Positions 12,578 to 27,885 of a DNA stretch of 64,000 nt are shown here, in pieces. Location of the stretch: NCBI GenBank assembly GCA_951406725.2, contig OX597817.1:76384001-76448000 (forward strand), read 5' to 3'. Under the pieces are notes generated by a model. That model saw only the letters and a program-made list of their open reading frames with translations, was not told the origin of the DNA and did not search any database. This DNA comes from Octopus vulgaris. Taxonomy: Eukaryota. Every line of letters starts with the position of its first letter. Within the stretch, counting starts at the first letter, position 1. The translations under genes and the position numbers were made by a program.

Positions 12578-13268
12578 TATGTTTGACTTTTGCTTTACAT
12601 TTGTACAATTTGGCTCCAAGTCCCACCTAGAGACCTCACGAGACAACAGGCTGGAAGTTCATATTGTTGTTATGCCTAGTGCGCCATATATTTGGTTGTT
12701 TTTTGTGTTGTACTAGTGAATGTTTAAAAAACCATATGAAAATTATGTTTGTTTTAAAACTTGAGATTACATAGAAAGTATTTTGCGCAGGATATGAGCA
12801 GTTCCCATGAGCACTATTTTTTAAATTTCTGCCATTTTGGGGTTTCCTGGTATCTGAGTTAGGTAGCAACCAGCCCCTTTTGCTATCATTCCCAGGGCAC
12901 CTATGACAACAGGTATTGTTTTAGTCTTCAGCTTCCACATTTTTCTGATTTCTAATTCAAGATCTTTATATTTGCTCAGTTTTTGGTAGGTCTTGACAGA
13001 TACGTTTATATCGATTGGGACAGTGATATCAATGAGGAGGCATGTTCTTTGTCTGAAGACTTTCAATATGATGTATGACCTATTTGCATCTATCTTTCTG
13101 TCAGTTTGAATGGTGAAGTTCCAGAGGAGTGAGATGCGATCATTTTCAAGCACTGGAGGTGGTTTGTGTTCCCACCAGTTTTTTTCATTGGGCAAATTCA
13201 GGTTTTTGCAAATTACCCAGTGAATATATTGTGCAGCTCTATCATGCCTGTTGAGATACTCTGTTTTA
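12577..13268 (-). mobile_element. R4/Dong-clade LINE 3' fragment (restriction-like endonuclease domain) inserted in (TAA)n
   Basis: ORF 12821-13195 reads WEHKP..LLWNFTIQTDRKIDANR..CLLIDITVP..KLSKYKDL..IPVVIGALG. (AAT)n on both sides. Confidence 0.9.
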
Positions 13269-13277
13269 TTATTATTA

Positions 13278-13373
<96 letters not shown>

Positions 13374-13375
13374 TA

Positions 13376-13665
13376 TATGTTTGATTTTTGCTTTATATAT
13401 GTACAAGTTGGCTCCAAGTCTCACCCGGAGACCTCAAGAGACAATAGGTTGGAAGTTCACGTTGTTGTTATGCCTAGTGTACCATATATTTGGTTGTTTT
13501 TTGTGTTGTACTAGTGGATGTCTAAAAAAAAAATGTTTGTTTTAAACCTTGAGATTACATAGAAAGTATTTTGCGTAGGATATGAGCAGTTCCCATGAGC
13601 ACTATCTTTTAAATTTCTGCCATTTTGGGGTTTCCTGGTATCTGAGTTAGGTAGCAATCAGCTAC
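13376..13665 (-). mobile_element. Second, shorter R4/Dong 3' end in (TAA)n
   Basis: Near-identical to 12577-12868. Confidence 0.9.
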
Positions 13666-13686
13666 CTATTATTATTATTATTATTA

Positions 13687-13720
<34 letters not shown>

Positions 13721-13729
13721 TACTACTAT

Positions 13730-13779
<50 letters not shown>

Positions 13780-13818
13780 GTTTTATTATTATTATTATTG
13801 TTGTTATTATCATCATCA

Positions 13819-13883
<65 letters not shown>

Positions 13884-14330
13884 GGTGTTGTTGTTGTTAT
13901 TGTCGTTGTTGTAGTTATTGTTGCTGTAGTTGTTGTTTTCGTTGTTGTTGCTTTTGTCATTGCTGCTTGCTGTTGCTGTGGTTGTTTTTCTATACTCGCT
14001 GTGTTAAGAAGTAGTGAGATGGAGGAAATACGAAATCCGATATGAAAACTCTTTAGCCTGAGATTTCATATTGGATGGCTTCTCATTCGTAGTAAACAAC
14101 CGGAAGTAGATGCAACATTTATGGGCTTTTCATGTCATCATGTTTAACTGAGATAAGCTGCACATTTCAGCATTACGGTTTTCTAATGTCATCGTGTTTC
14201 AAGAATGGTGACATGAAATTCAATTACTGAAATTATTATTATGTATACATATGTGTAATATAGGCGTATGTGTGATGTATATATACACACACATACACAC
14301 ATATAGACACATATATAGTATGCAAACACA

Positions 14331-14406
<76 letters not shown>

Positions 14407-14439
14407 AGGGTACTCCAGCATGACTGCAGTGTATGCATG

Positions 14440-14832
<393 letters not shown>

Positions 14833-15118
14833 TCCATGTAATAATAATTGCATATTCGCAAAAATCTTACGCCAGCTACCAGGAAAATATGAAGAATCTT
14901 TGTTAGAAATACCCCTTTGGAACCCTTCAAAGTAAAGAATGAAATAAAAATAGAACTAGCTACAGTAAAATTACGGAAACAGGTAACAGATAAGAAAACG
15001 ATATTTGGTTACGAAACCGTAAAAGAAAGTCAGATTATCACAGAATCGGACCCTAAAACTCAGTAATAAGACATAAAGAGATGAATTGACAACCCGAGCA
15101 TAGTTGTGTAGTCGACAA

Positions 15119-15654
15119 TCTATATTAATAAAAGAGAAATTCTGTCTGTCCGTCCGGGACCCCATTATCTCAGTTTACTTTTGTTCTACATAGACGTTTT
15201 ATGCCTTCTTGGAATCAAAATGATACCGGAATCGAAAATCTTCCCTTCATTTGGTTCTTAAACATCCAGCACTGGGACCTGATTTAAAAGCATTTGGGTT
15301 ACTATTTCTAGCAGGTAAAGCTTGGTTGATTCACGCCATCTTGGTTCGCGTTTGTCAGATGACGTCAGATATCAAGGGGGAGCTGAATGACGGTCGCTTC
15401 GCTACTTTTACGTCGAGATGCGTACTTTGTGACAAATTGGCCAACAACTGGAATTCAAATTGTTACTGAAACAGTAGAATGATTACATTACAAAATTAAT
15501 TTTCATCCATCCTTAACAGCTGATCAAACACAATCAGCACCGGGACATATAGTCATTATAGACGTATTACAGTCATAGTTTTGGGCTGTAGGCCTAATTA
15601 GCCCTCCGCATGAGCTAGCTTAAAATTTCGCACAGAGTACGGCTTTTAAGCTAG
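15119..15654 (+). mobile_element. Non-autonomous Helitron-like element
   Basis: A|TCTATATTAATAAAAG...ctgtctgtccgtcc head and ...CTAG|T end. Confidence 0.55.
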
Positions 15655-16030
15655 TATACAGTAAAAATAAAACAACTGCCGAATTGGCGAAGGAATCAAT
15701 AACAACCATAAAACAATAACTTAATGAATGAATAAAAGAACATTTAATGAACCAGCCAAGAAAACTTATAGCTATATAGAGAATAATGAATTCCAAACTG
15801 AAATACTAGAAAATCAAATAAAATACAAAGCAGTTTCCCAGATGATCATTGTGGCATGAAACTCGCGAAGGAAAAAATAAAATATTTTATCTGTGTGTAT
15901 GTCTGTGCGCGTACGTGTCTCTCTATGTAACTGTCTGTCTGTCTGTCTTTCTCATTCTGTCTTTGTCTGACTGTCCGTCTGTCTGTCAGTCAGTCAGTCA
16001 GCCAGTGTGTCTGTCTGTCTGTCTGTCTGA

Positions 16031-16062
<32 letters not shown>

Positions 16063-16321
16063 TTCGCCCTATATATATATACACATATATGCGTACATCT
16101 TACACGCACATATATACATACATCCTTACATACATTTACATAATACATACATACATATACATACGTACATATAGTCATACATACATATATATATGTATGT
16201 GTGCTCATATACATATATGCATATAAACGTCTATATATAAACATGAACCTATGCAGGAATATATGTATACATTATATATAATATACATACAAATTTGTGC
16301 GCGCACACACACTCATACATA

Positions 16322-16377
<56 letters not shown>

Positions 16378-16694
16378 CACACGAACACGTGTTCACTGTA
16401 TTACATCTTCAAAAGTTTAATCAATATAATTCAATATTCCATTCTCGGAATGCAAGGACTTGCAAATAGAAACAGAACTGTCTACCACTTTCGCGTAACG
16501 CACATGCACTCACATGCACTCACACGCATCCATGCACACGCATCAACAGCCGACGTACGTAGGTTCTGGTATTAGTGAGATGTGTGAATGCACTTGCTTC
16601 ATTTCATGCAATTCGTGTTACATCTGTTGACAGTTGTTACTATGAACAACACTCAAGTGAAAGCAACCGTCTACCCAGCGTGTCGATAAACTTA

Positions 16695-16779
16695 TATCAT
16701 CGTCGTCATCATCATCACCACCATCACCATCACCACCATCACCACCACCACCATCATCAACACCAGCACCACCAGCACT

Positions 16780-16822
<43 letters not shown>

Positions 16823-16884
16823 CCATCACCATCACCATCATCATCACCATCATCAACACCATCATCACCATCACCACCATCCAC

Positions 16885-16922
<38 letters not shown>

Positions 16923-17310
16923 CCATCATCACCACCATCATCACCACCATCATCACCACCATAAAGCTCCTCCTCCTCCTCCTCCTCATCATCATCATCA
17001 TCATCTTCGCCGTCGTCGTTATCATCACCATCGTCTTCTTTGTCGCAGTCGTTGTATTCATCATTATCATCATCATCATCGTCGTCGTCGTCATCATCAT
17101 CATCATCACAATCATCATCACCAGCACCAGCAACATCACCATGATGATGATGATCACCATCATCATCATCATCAAGAACAACAACATCATCAAAAACATC
17201 ATCATCATCAACAATAACAACAATATCTGAAAATGACGATTAAGCCAAAAACAACGAAGACGAAGGCAACGCCAACGAGAACAACAACAACACCAACAAC
17301 ACCATAACTT
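16695..17310. repeat. Compound (CAT/CAC/CGT/CAA)n trinucleotide tract
   Basis: Direct reading of the sequence. Confidence 0.95.
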
Positions 17311-18043
17311 CAGAGCAAGTAATATTATCTATCAGCAAATGAGAATAATGCCATCTACCGGCAACAGCAAGAACTAGTAAATGAAATGCTGAATGAATGA
17401 AGTCGATAAAATGTTTCGGCTATTAAACAGAATCTATTTTGTAACAGTAATAATCATCAACTTGTCCAAGAGTGTCTTCAGTTGGAGCTGTTAATGGTAA
17501 AGTACTTTTTAGAAACCAGACTCACGCGACGAGGAACGCATTTAAGCACTTTTCGCCTACCATAAATATAACTCTTAGTCATCTTACGTGAATGTCAGGG
17601 TGATAGATTTTTTTTTCTTTTCGTTGGTATTTAGGTATATAGGTATGGAGAACTCTGTCAATCACCGGTTCTATATAAGCGCACATACGTGTGTGTGTGT
17701 GTGTGTGTGTGTGTTTGCATGTGTGTATGTGTGCATGCCTGTCTGCATGTGTGTGTATGTACATATGAGAATGTCAGTATATGTGTGTGTGTGTGTGTAT
17801 GTGAGTACGGGTAATTATATACATATATACAAGTATGTGTATATACGCAAATAGACACGAATATACTATAAACATACATGCACACACACAAATGCACGAA
17901 CGGACGCACACACACAAATGCACGAACGGACGCACACACACATAAACACACAAACACACACACTCACGTGTTCAATAATCAAGAAAGTGTTTCAATATCT
18001 AATAAGTTCATAATATTTTGGTTTAAATTTACAATGCACCAGT

Positions 18044-18080
<37 letters not shown>

Positions 18081-18131
18081 AATGCTAAATTTCTCAATAT
18101 CTCATAGAGATATGTACGGTGGTGGGGCGAT

Positions 18132-18387
18132 AGAGTGGTTGTATACTGTCAACTTAACGTGACAGTCCTGTAAGGGGACTTCACCACCGCTGTTTAGCCC
18201 TAGGAAGCAACGACGCTTCCTGTCGGCTTTGACACATTTCCTGTGTCCTTATACATTTACGAAGGGAAGACAAATACCCCCAACAGCTAGGCCTGCATCT
18301 AGAGACGGAAGCGTCGATGCTTCCTAGGGCTAAACAGCGGTGGGTAATTCCCTTACTGGACTGTCACGTTAAGTTGACAGTATACAA

Positions 18388-18394
<7 letters not shown>
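18132..18394. repeat. ~90-bp inverted repeat around a degenerate hammerhead-like spacer
   Basis: 18132-18224 is the reverse complement of 18304-18394. Confidence 0.85.
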
Positions 18395-18477
<83 letters not shown>

Positions 18478-18624
18478 CGATAAATAACGATAAATAAGAA
18501 ATCCGGGATCTGGAAATATCCAATAGTTTTCTGCCAGTTTATTTTATCTCTTTGCCTTCTCTCTTGGTGCTATATCTAGCATGATGGTATCTTTTAGATA
18601 CACTTAATTATAATTTTACATCTA

Positions 18625-18743
<119 letters not shown>

Positions 18744-19231
18744 ATGTGTGTGTGAGTGTGTGTGTGTAGAAAAGAAATGTAAGCTACGTTGGAAAAGTCA
18801 CGTCTAAATTAAAAAAAATATAATTTTTAAATTTTCATTAAAACTTCATAACTTTTCGTGACTTTTGGCCCACCTATATATATATGTGTGTGTGTGGGTG
18901 TGTGTGTGTCTAGATTGCTAATTTACTAATGCCCTGACGAAGAAAGTACGTTCCATGAATTTCTTCCAGAGTATAATTATTCTCTATCTATAAGAAACGT
19001 GTCCCTTCGTAAAATGGTTAATTAATAAATCTCAGGTTATGTTATACTAACGATTTCTAAAAACACTAAATAGTGCTACACATGTTTACCACTGATTAGA
19101 AATTTTTGAAATTTCGTAATAAGCAAACAAAATGTATGTGATTTTTATGTCCACATGTGTGTGTGTGTGTGTGTGTGTTTACATAAATACATACGTATGA
19201 ATGAATTCACGTATGTATGTATGTATGTATG

Positions 19232-19848
<617 letters not shown>

Positions 19849-21115
19849 GAGAGATATGAGATGCAGCACGGAATTTTGTCAGTGAACAGGTCGCGGTCTC
19901 AAAGTGACGAAAATATTTTGACACACCTTCCGCGCTGCAATTGTAATATTCTTGGTCAAAACTCCCTTGAATACTAACTTCGGTCACTGGTAAAATGTGT
20001 CATATAAAACATCTTTTCCTCTTAGCGTTTTTGAGAAAAGTTTATATTTATGAAGTTATTTCGTGTTAAATTTGTCGTATTTCAGTAATTTCAACCAATC
20101 AATGACGTGTATTCAACTGAATAAAATTACTACTATTGTTTGTCAACAACAACTTCAGGCGGTGTATAAAGGGAAAAGATCCAATAACTAAAGAACTGAT
20201 GAATGATAATAAAGAAGTGAAACTGAACCAGCGTAATGACCATCTCAAGATGCAACAAAATCATTTACGGTGCAATTAAACTGTTACAATGGAAACTGAC
20301 CGAGTCATAGTTACAAAGTAACTCTGGAGACAGTCTTTAAACCAACGATTCCCCTTTCAGAAATATCATCGAATTGCAAAACAATGCTATGCGGAAATAA
20401 CTTTATATTTTATTTGGTTATTTATTAATTTTCTTTTTATTTGCTAAGTTCAGTAGGCGGTTGATGACAGATTGGATAAAGTCAAGAATTAGATTCTTTG
20501 CATTATTTAGTTGTATATTGATTTCAAATTTTGCTGGAGTCGATGACAACCGTGATAAGTCAATACAGGTGTTGTTGATATAGCGGCTTATGCCACCTAT
20601 CATCAGTTCTAGTCACGTTAGAAATCGTTTAACTTCAAAATGGTGATAGTCGAAAAGCACGATTTAAGCCTTCGGTGTAATGAAGACAGCTATGCAGTTT
20701 CAATTTCCTGCTAAGACTATTCAAACTATTTTATTTTATTTTCTCTACTAATGCTTTTGGAAGAGTCATTATTATATTCCCCTCTCCTTTAAACATAATA
20801 CGTCGAGCCAATAAGAAAGCTGCTGGAAATAGCAGCTAAATCTTGTTCAAATAAGACCCTCCCATCTTATGAATTTAAAGATATATTGGATATATAATGT
20901 AAAAAAAAAAAGCAACGAAAAAACTAACATTTGTTTTATGGTCAGTCAGTGCCGTACCTAGGAGCAAGTTCCCGGTAACTTGAAATCGTGTTGCTGTTTC
21001 AATTCCCAACTGGAACCATGTCGCTCCGCCTACACATTTAATGTCTTTAACACAGATATAAATGTCATGCTTTTTAACCGTTCGTGTTTGTGCTTGGTTG
21101 AAAAAAAAAAATAAA

Positions 21116-21520
21116 CAGGAGTGGCTGTGTGGTAAGTAGCTTGCTTACGAACCACATGGTTCTGGGTTCAGTTCCACTGCATGGCACCTTGGGCAAGTGT
21201 CTTTTACTATAGCCTCGGGCCGACCAAATCCTTGTGAGTGAATTTGGTAGTCGGAAACTGAAAGAAACCCGTCGTATATATGTATATTTATATATTTGTA
21301 TATGTTTGTGTGTCTGCGTTTGTCCCCCCCCCCCAACATCGCTTGACAACCGATGTGCTTACGTCCCCGTAACTTAGCGGTTTGCAAAAGAGACCGATAT
21401 AATAAGTACTAGGCTTACAAAGAATAAACCCTGGGGTCGATTTGCTCGATTAAAGGCGGTGCTCCAGCATGGCCGCAGTCAAATGACTGAAACAAGTTAA
21501 AGAGTAAAAGAGAAAAGAGT
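21116..21520 (+). mobile_element. SINE family A
   Basis: Full-length match to the 19289 copy. Confidence 0.9.
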
Positions 21521-21709
21521 ATAGATGATGTTATTTAGCATCGAATCAGCGGTGATCAATGAGACCAAAGTGTTTCTATTCAATTTTGGATATATTCTAC
21601 TTTTGAATTCGTTTTTGTTGAAATGGTATAGTAATTTGAAAGAGATTTGGTTGCTATTTCTTGGAAGTCGTATGATCACTGAAGACTTCAGTGTTCATAG
21701 GAATCTCTT

Positions 21710-21932
21710 AAATGGCAGAAACGTTAGCACGCCGGGCGAAATGCGTAGCCGTATTTCGTCTGTCGTTACGTTCTGAGTTCAAATTCCGCCGAGGTCGACT
21801 TTGCCTTTCATCCTTTCGGGGTCGATAAATAAAGTACCAGTTTCCCACTGGAGTCGATGTAATCAACTTAATTCCTTTGTCTGTCCTTGTTTGTCCCCTC
21901 TATGTTTAGCCCCTTGTGGGCAGTAAAGAAAT
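21710..21932 (+). mobile_element. SINE family B with long tail
   Basis: Consensus match ending ...ttgtgggcagtaaagaaat. Confidence 0.9.
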
Positions 21933-21935
21933 AAA

Positions 21936-22395
21936 TATGCGCGTGGCATGGTGATCTCATATCAAGATAAACAGCACATGATCTTGCAGGTGGGGCCCAG
22001 TTAGGATTTTCTTCTGGTTGAGTAACCCATCCCGCTCAAAAGGTCCCTGAATAAGAGTTGTTTAAGGATGTTGAACGAAACACCCAAGTTTCCAGAGGTG
22101 AATTATTCAAACCCTAAAGAATCCCTCTCAACACATGGCTATGATGCTCCCCCACTACTTCTGTTCGTGATCAGAGATGCACATATCATCTGTCACTAAG
22201 GGACATGCTCAACTGGTTAAGGTCAAACAACTGACAAGCAAATTTGCGGTATTGAGCAGAATATTTGCTGTGGCCCATCTTTTATACCAAGACAAAACAA
22301 TGTACATGATAACACTTCCAATCAGTTAAGATCAGAAGCCACGAGAGCCACTGCCTGGTATTGCATCAGGGCATTTATTGTTATTATTATTATTA

Positions 22396-22439
<44 letters not shown>

Positions 22440-22993
22440 GAGTGAGAGAGCAGTTCATGCCATCAAAGTGATACTGGGGTAAAATATACGAAGCCCAATA
22501 TACCCATCATGACTACCCGTCTGATAAAGGCACACCAGGCACATGCATCACAACCATATGTGCGCGACATGGTGATCTCATATCAAGATAAACAGCACAT
22601 GACCTTGCAGGTGGGGCCCAGTTAGAATTTTCTTCAGGTTGAGTAGCCCATCCCGCTCAAACGGTCCCTGAATAAGGGTTGTTTAAGGATGTTGAAAGAA
22701 CCACCCATGTTTCCAGAGGTGAATTATTCAAACCCCAAAGAATCCCTCTCAACACATGGCTATGATGCTCCCCCACTACTTCTGCTCGTGATCAGAGATG
22801 CACATATCGTCAGCCACTAAGGGACATGCTCAACTGGTTAAGGTCAAACAACTGACAAGCAAATCTGTGGTATTGAGCAGAATATTTGCTGTAGCCCATC
22901 TTTTATACCAAGACAAAACAATGTACATGATAACACTTCCAATCAGTTAAGATCTGAAGCCATGAGAGCCATTGCCTGGTACTGCATCAGGGC

Positions 22994-22997
<4 letters not shown>
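21936..22997. mobile_element. Two head-to-tail family C elements separated by (ATT)n
   Basis: 21936-22378 (partial) and 22440-22997 (complete). Confidence 0.9.
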
Positions 22998-23059
<62 letters not shown>

Positions 23060-23535
23060 GTTTTTTCCTTCTTTCTTCAAATTTTCTTCCGTTTCTCGCC
23101 GAGTGTTTTCCATAGACCTAGGGCAGAGAAGGGCATTGTATGCATTCCCAGATTGCCCGCGCAAATTCACAAATAAAACATGTATTTAAAAATTAATAAA
23201 TAAATAAATTCATGGATGGATGTTATTTTCACAACGATAGTGCTCTTGTCAGTACATGAGCCGTTCCAGTTAATACGATTTTTTGCACTTCCTGCAGGGA
23301 TTGTAAGCCTGGAATCATTTTCAAATAGGTTTCAGTACCTTTTTTTTTTTTTATCATTCCTAGAGATCCTACAATCACTGGTACTGTAGTCGCCTTCAGA
23401 TGCCACATTTTTTTCAATTTCTATTAGCAGGTCTTTATATTTACTAATCTTGTCAAATTCTTTCGCCGCTATATTGTGATCACAGGGAATACTCATGTCA
23501 ATTAATAAACACATCCTTTTTGTCTGATCTTTTAT
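23060..23535 (-). mobile_element. R4/Dong LINE 3' fragment in (TAA)n
   Basis: CLLIDMSIPCDHNIAAKEFDKISKYKDL / TVPVIVGSLGMIKK...VQKIVLTGTAHVL, frameshifted. Confidence 0.9.
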
Positions 23536-23540
23536 AATGA

Positions 23541-23646
<106 letters not shown>

Positions 23647-24548
23647 GGTTTATATTTGTGTGTGCATGTGTGAAGTAAATAACTGTTTAATAGGAAGCCG
23701 CAACTTGAATCAAAACAATAGAATTTATAAAAGTATCTGTGCCCGCGCGCATGTGATGTTATAACAAAACCCACAAATCTCGTTTAATACAGGTACCCAG
23801 GTTTTTCTGGTTGAAATAACAATAAATTTCACAAATTTTTTTCACGCTGAGAACAAGACCGCTATTCAGTTGCCTTTTGAGCAGATAAACAAGAGACGTG
23901 AGAAAGGAAGAAGTCAAGAAGAAAAACACAAGGGAGATAATCAATCTTTCAATATGAAGATGCCTAGCAGACGTAATCAAAAATGTTAATGATTTACTAA
24001 GTGTCCGGTGATCCACGTTTAAATTCCTACAATATGTAATTCTTGAAATGAGAAAATACACACACACACAAAAAAATCTTGTTCTTGGAATTTATGTATT
24101 CGTTGGAGTTTCTCATGTTCTTTAACAGATAAAAATTTTCGAGAGTAAGTGCTGAACATTTTTTGAACCCGTTAATATAGGGTCCGGTTTTGGAAAGGAT
24201 TTTACATTTAATACCAAAACTGGTCTCTTTGTCTTTATGTTTCCAGATTAAAACCGAAAGCGTTGAATGTCTCTTATCGGTGCCTAAAATTCGAAAGATG
24301 GTTGTTATGCTTGGATTCAGATTTTATTTCCACTGCTCCGTTATAACGACGTTTCATCTCTGTACGACTATTGTTGTAGCTTGCTGAAATCTGTGTTTCA
24401 TAAACAACGGAAGATATATTGCACTTCTGTCATAGAGGACATTTAGATTTCTCTCTACATATGCATCCAGGGTAGGCTAGATTCATCTGTTGCTTATTGA
24501 TACATATATGTACAAATGTATGTGCATGCAAAATGCATATATGTTGTG

Positions 24549-24593
<45 letters not shown>

Positions 24594-27500
24594 ATGTATA
24601 TGTATTTGTATGTATCCACGCACACACACACGCACATGTATATATCATTCGTACGTCATTAGACTAATAATCTATGAAACAAAACCTAAGAATGATCTAT
24701 TAACAATACAGTATTCATTCAATAAACTATGGAATACAATCGGAGACAGAATTTATTTATTAATGTAATATTTATATTACTGCTACTGTCTTTAAACGAA
24801 TAATACAAATAATATCTTATTTATAGAACGAAATCAGAAACATAATCTTTCGTACCCGGAAAATTATTCGTAAGATAATTGATTGATAAGCTGTAGAAAT
24901 TAAATCGAAGATAATTTATTATAGACACAATATTATATTATTTACATTATTCGTAAGTAATTATAACTAATACATAAATATCTTAAAGTACGCCTCAGGC
25001 AGACATATGCTCATTCCTCTAATATGAAAATAAGAGTGAAGACTAGCATATTAATATTTATTAAAGCATATTGCACCAGCATATTGTCGTGCTGGTACAG
25101 AAAAACGATTAACGATCAGGTTAAAAGGTTTCGCTTTCATGGCTCATACTGTGCCAGAATGACACCAATTTACTATTATCGTTTAAGAGAAATCAGTGCC
25201 CAATACGTTTAGCATTTTGAATAGCAATAAATAAGTCTCAAGAAAAGAAATATTGACGGATGTTGCTTCAGATATTTGTAAACTAATATTTCTCCATAAT
25301 CTGTTGTATGGAGCTGCATATGGAGTATTTTAATAACTCTAAAAATTGATGTGGGGACAAGCGTATAACAAAATATATTGTTATCAAAGAGGATATCCTC
25401 TAAAACTACCCCTTCAGTACTTCTTATGTAGAAGTTACACCATTTGAAGACTCAAAAGCTTCAGAAAAAATACATCAAAACAACTTATGATTCTGTGATT
25501 CTTTATAATTTTCCAAAATATCCGCAACTATTCAAAGTACCATAACTCAAGTTATTAGTGTGTGATTTTATCGTAGTGTACTCAATATCATTCGTGTTAA
25601 GGATAAAAGGCAAAACAAACCTCAGTTGGATTTAATGTCTGAATATCAATAGTTGGAACAAATACTTGCAAACATTTTCCCTGACGTTGCAAGTCTTTTC
25701 TCACTCCATCACCTCAACACCTGTCTCCAATAGTCCATTAATCACTATATTTGAAAATTTTGCCAAATATCATTAAAAAAATCAACCTTACAGTCGCGTT
25801 GTTATTGTTTGTTTGGTGTGCCATGCTATCCTGTGTGTGTATAATTTTTGCTAGTGTTGTTTATTTGTTTGTTGCCTAGTCATCGGTTGGTTCAATGGTT
25901 TCCGTTGGTTAATTATGTCACTTATATTTCCTGTTTTATTATAGTTGTCACATTCATTTTATCTCTTTTACAATTTGTGTTATATATTCACTGGTTGTTC
26001 TATGTTTCAGTTGCTCTTCCTCGCATTTAACTCATTTATGTAATTTTTTTGTCAAAGATTTACTTCTAGCTGCTGAAGTTATTAATGTTTGCAATATATA
26101 TATTGGAAACATTAATATACATTAATGTTTCTAATAAATATTTTTAGTTTGTCCGCTTTCTCATTTGTTTATTTGCATATAATTCTTATAACCTGTCTTT
26201 TGTTTTGTAAAATATTTCTTTTTTGTTTTCCTTTCCCATGGACAACTTCATCTCTGCTTGTCAATTGAGAAACCTCATCGTGATTTTCTATGCTGAATCT
26301 TCTTTTTCTTTCTATAGTTCAGTGGTTATCCTGTATCTATACATCATGTATATCCCGCTTTACTGAAGTATTCTTTCTATTCAGTCAGTTGTTACTTTAT
26401 AAACAATGTCACTGAATATGTTCTTCATAAACAATGTCACTGAATATGTTCTTCATATGTCCGTTTGTCGGTCTATTTTTTTTTAGTTGTCTTCAGAAAT
26501 TGTCACTAAATTTTGTTGTTCCATTGGTCTTAGTATTGTATCTCCACTGCTATTTAACTGCTGTTGCGTTGCAGTTTAGACCAGTCTTAAAATAACTTTT
26601 TCTCCCAGTAACGTAATCTCACAACAAACGTGCTTGTTGAATAAACACGTTTGTTGCGTGATTATGATAATATATTTCGGACGTACAGAAAGGAATATAT
26701 TGTATCCAAATATGTAAAGAATGGTTCAGTCTATATTCTCGAGATGTTTTATGTTATTTTATTTTTTTCTTTAAAGCCCAGGAGTGCTTCAGTAGGAACA
26801 TTGTATTTCTTCCATCAATATTGCCAAATCAGTATATGTGTTGTATTTATCTGACTGTGATTACTCCACTTCTTATTCTGATATACTTTTTGTTGGTTTA
26901 TTCCTTTCTAAATATATACCCGTTAATTGAAAATACATGTAGAATTCTGTACAGATACAGCCTGGATCCGTTACGGGTTCATTTATTTTCGGTTGTGGGC
27001 TGTGGATTTCTAAGATGTGTAGTTGTTTATGTTGTTTACGGCTTGGAATATACGCATTTCGTTTCTTACGAACCTATAACTAGCTTTTATATTGTTCCTA
27101 TTCAATGACTTGTGGTATCTATTTTTGCATTAGTAACATTTGTTGAATAGTGTTCGGAAGTTAATTTCTTTTTTTAACACTTATAGCTACATTTAAACTG
27201 AATGATAGATCAATTCATTGATGCTTGTTATTCTGTAATATTTTTAAAAATGCATTTGAGAGTATATTTGTATGTTGTAAGTATGTATTCTAATATTTCT
27301 TTGAACGTAGATGCTTTTAGGGTTGCATTGTAGAAAGGCGTAATAAACAAATAAATCTTAGTAAACATCAACTTCAAAATTAGACATGTGACAAAACTAT
27401 TACAATGGAACAACAACACATCTGCTAGCGATGGTTCAACGACATGAAGAACAAAAATGTCGAACAAGTTCACACGTTTTGACATCGTAAATTTCTTCTA

Positions 27501-27652
27501 CCAGTCAACTTTAAGCTCTTCCTATTGAAAGCACTTGTCTTTTCAAAAAGGTCCGACACTATTTTCAGTTTAAGAGCTAAAGTAGTTCAAGCATGAACCT
27601 ACTTGACTACCTACAGGTGAAACTCAGAGTAAAAAGAGACTGATTCGACACA

Positions 27653-27689
<37 letters not shown>

Positions 27690-27695
<6 letters not shown>

Positions 27696-27885
27696 ATCCA
27701 AACAAGAAAGCACAAAAAACACAACAACGCGAGGATGTGGAGCAAATATAGTATTATCGGACGCTGAGGAAAGAAGGAAAGAAGGAGGGTTTAATGTTTC
27801 GAGCGGAGCTCTCCGTCGGAAACATAGGAGAAGGAAAGATCCAGAGAGCGGAAGACAGAGGGAAAAAAAATCGCCAACGGTATAA
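27690..27885 (-). mobile_element. Penelope-like terminal fragment with minimal hammerhead variant
   Basis: Minus strand reads tttCCGACGG-AGAGCTCCGCTC-GAAACATT. Same family at 42630-42782 and 41445-41515. Confidence 0.55.

Noticed and set aside
16575-17223. Poly-His/Met/Asp ORFs (also 33926-34264 and 53797-55334)
   Set aside because: Degenerate trinucleotide tracts open in several frames on both strands, with no splice or domain support.
25750-27500. Possible very old LINE remnant (minus) with a 28-bp tandem duplication at ~26399-26456
   Set aside because: Too decayed to assign without a search.
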